DNA of 64,000 bases, taken from positions 256,001 to 320,000 of the forward strand of contig CAWDVR010000003.1 in NCBI GenBank assembly GCA_963805975.1. Reading direction: 5' to 3'. Each line of letters starts with the position of its first letter. Within the stretch, counting starts at the first letter, position 1. The position numbers and the translations under genes are program-made. The stretch is from an uncultured Acidobacteriota bacterium (GTDB lineage Bacteria > Acidobacteriota > Thermoanaerobaculia > Multivoradales > SZUA-115). The notes beneath the pieces are model-generated. The model was not told where the DNA came from. It saw nothing but the letters and a program-made list of their open reading frames with translations, and did no database searches. Shown piece after piece: positions 63,295-64,000 of this stretch.

Positions 63295-64000
63295 TCAGTG
63301 ACTGGTGCGGAAGATCCTCCGCACGCGCGGCGAGATCCGGGTCAGGAGCTCGTAGGGGATGGTGCCGGCGAGAGCGGCGAGCTCGACCAGGGACGGCTCC
63401 TCGGGCTCCGGGCCGAACACCACCACCTCGTCACCGGGCCGGACGGCGCCCCGCAGTTCCGTCACGTCGAGCGTCGTCACGTCCATCGACACCCTTCCCA
63501 CCACCGGGCAGCGCCGGCCACCCACCAGCATCCAGCCGCGGTTCGAGAGCGCCCACGGGTAGCCGTCCGAGTAGCCGAGGGCCACGACGGCGATGGTGCG
63601 CGGCTCGTGGGCCGTGGCGAAGGTGCGGCCGTAGCCCACCGCGTGCCCGGCGGGCAGCTCCTTGACCGAGACCACCTGGGTAGTGAGGCGCAGCACGGGC
63701 TGCTGGCCGAGCGGCACCTGCTCGACGACGTTCACATAGCCGAAGAGCGCCAGGCCACAGCGCACCAGCGAGTAGTGGGCCTCGGGGAAGCGGGCCACGG
63801 CGGCGCTCGCCGCGGCGTGCTCGAAACGGAAGGAAAAACCGGCTCGCCGCGAGCGTGGCGCGCACCGCGTCGAACTGGCGGATCTGCTCGCGGGTGAAGT
63901 CGTCGGCGGAGGGGTCCTCGGCAGAGGCGAAGTGAGTCATCAGCCCTTCGAGCGCCAGCCACGGCGAGGCCGCGATGGCCATGGCCAGCTCCCGCGCCCG
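63295..64000 (-). CDS. alr: Alanine racemase, 3' part, with an apparent one-base frameshift near 63840
   Basis: GLMTHFASAE in one frame; VRCGLALFG, VGYG, GYSDG, GRVSMD, GTIPYE in another. Confidence 0.88.

Noticed and set aside
1-64000. IS elements, integrases, prophage, tRNA or rRNA
   Set aside because: No transposase, recombinase, phage structural gene or stable RNA signature was recognised

Overview
Very GC-rich bacterial window, most consistent with Acidobacteriota (a duplicated MacB-type 'ADOP' orphan permease is present; the taxon is an inference). In order: (1) a TPR lipoprotein divergent from an ECF sigma factor, a tandem zinc-finger anti-sigma and a secreted protein; (2) a methionine block with metF, an M14 peptidase and metH, the latter preceded by a promoter, a SAM-I/IV-type riboswitch and an intrinsic terminator; (3) a ~36 kb Wzx/Wzy-type surface-polysaccharide/glycosylation locus (priming transferase, two O-antigen-ligase-like proteins, TPR proteins, NTP_transf_5, beta-barrel plus short Wza, Wzc, PHP phosphatase, AsnB, flippase, perosamine-type genes, many GT4s, methyltransferases, Wzy) that is interrupted by a Nif11-leader RiPP precursor with a broken, partly inverted partner gene and by two toxin-antitoxin pairs; (4) an S41-like protein lacking the usual catalytic Ser, an EndoQ-UvrD fusion, DDAH, VapBC, BlaI/BlaR1 with visible operators, an NTase pair, an amidase fragment, a secreted poly-gamma-glutamate-hydrolase-like protein, ADOP permease, AbrB/PIN TA pair and a frameshifted alr. 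Several REP-like palindromes occur, some translated in frame inside genes. No rRNA, tRNA, CRISPR array or transposase was seen. All family calls are by-eye motif recognition, not database searches.
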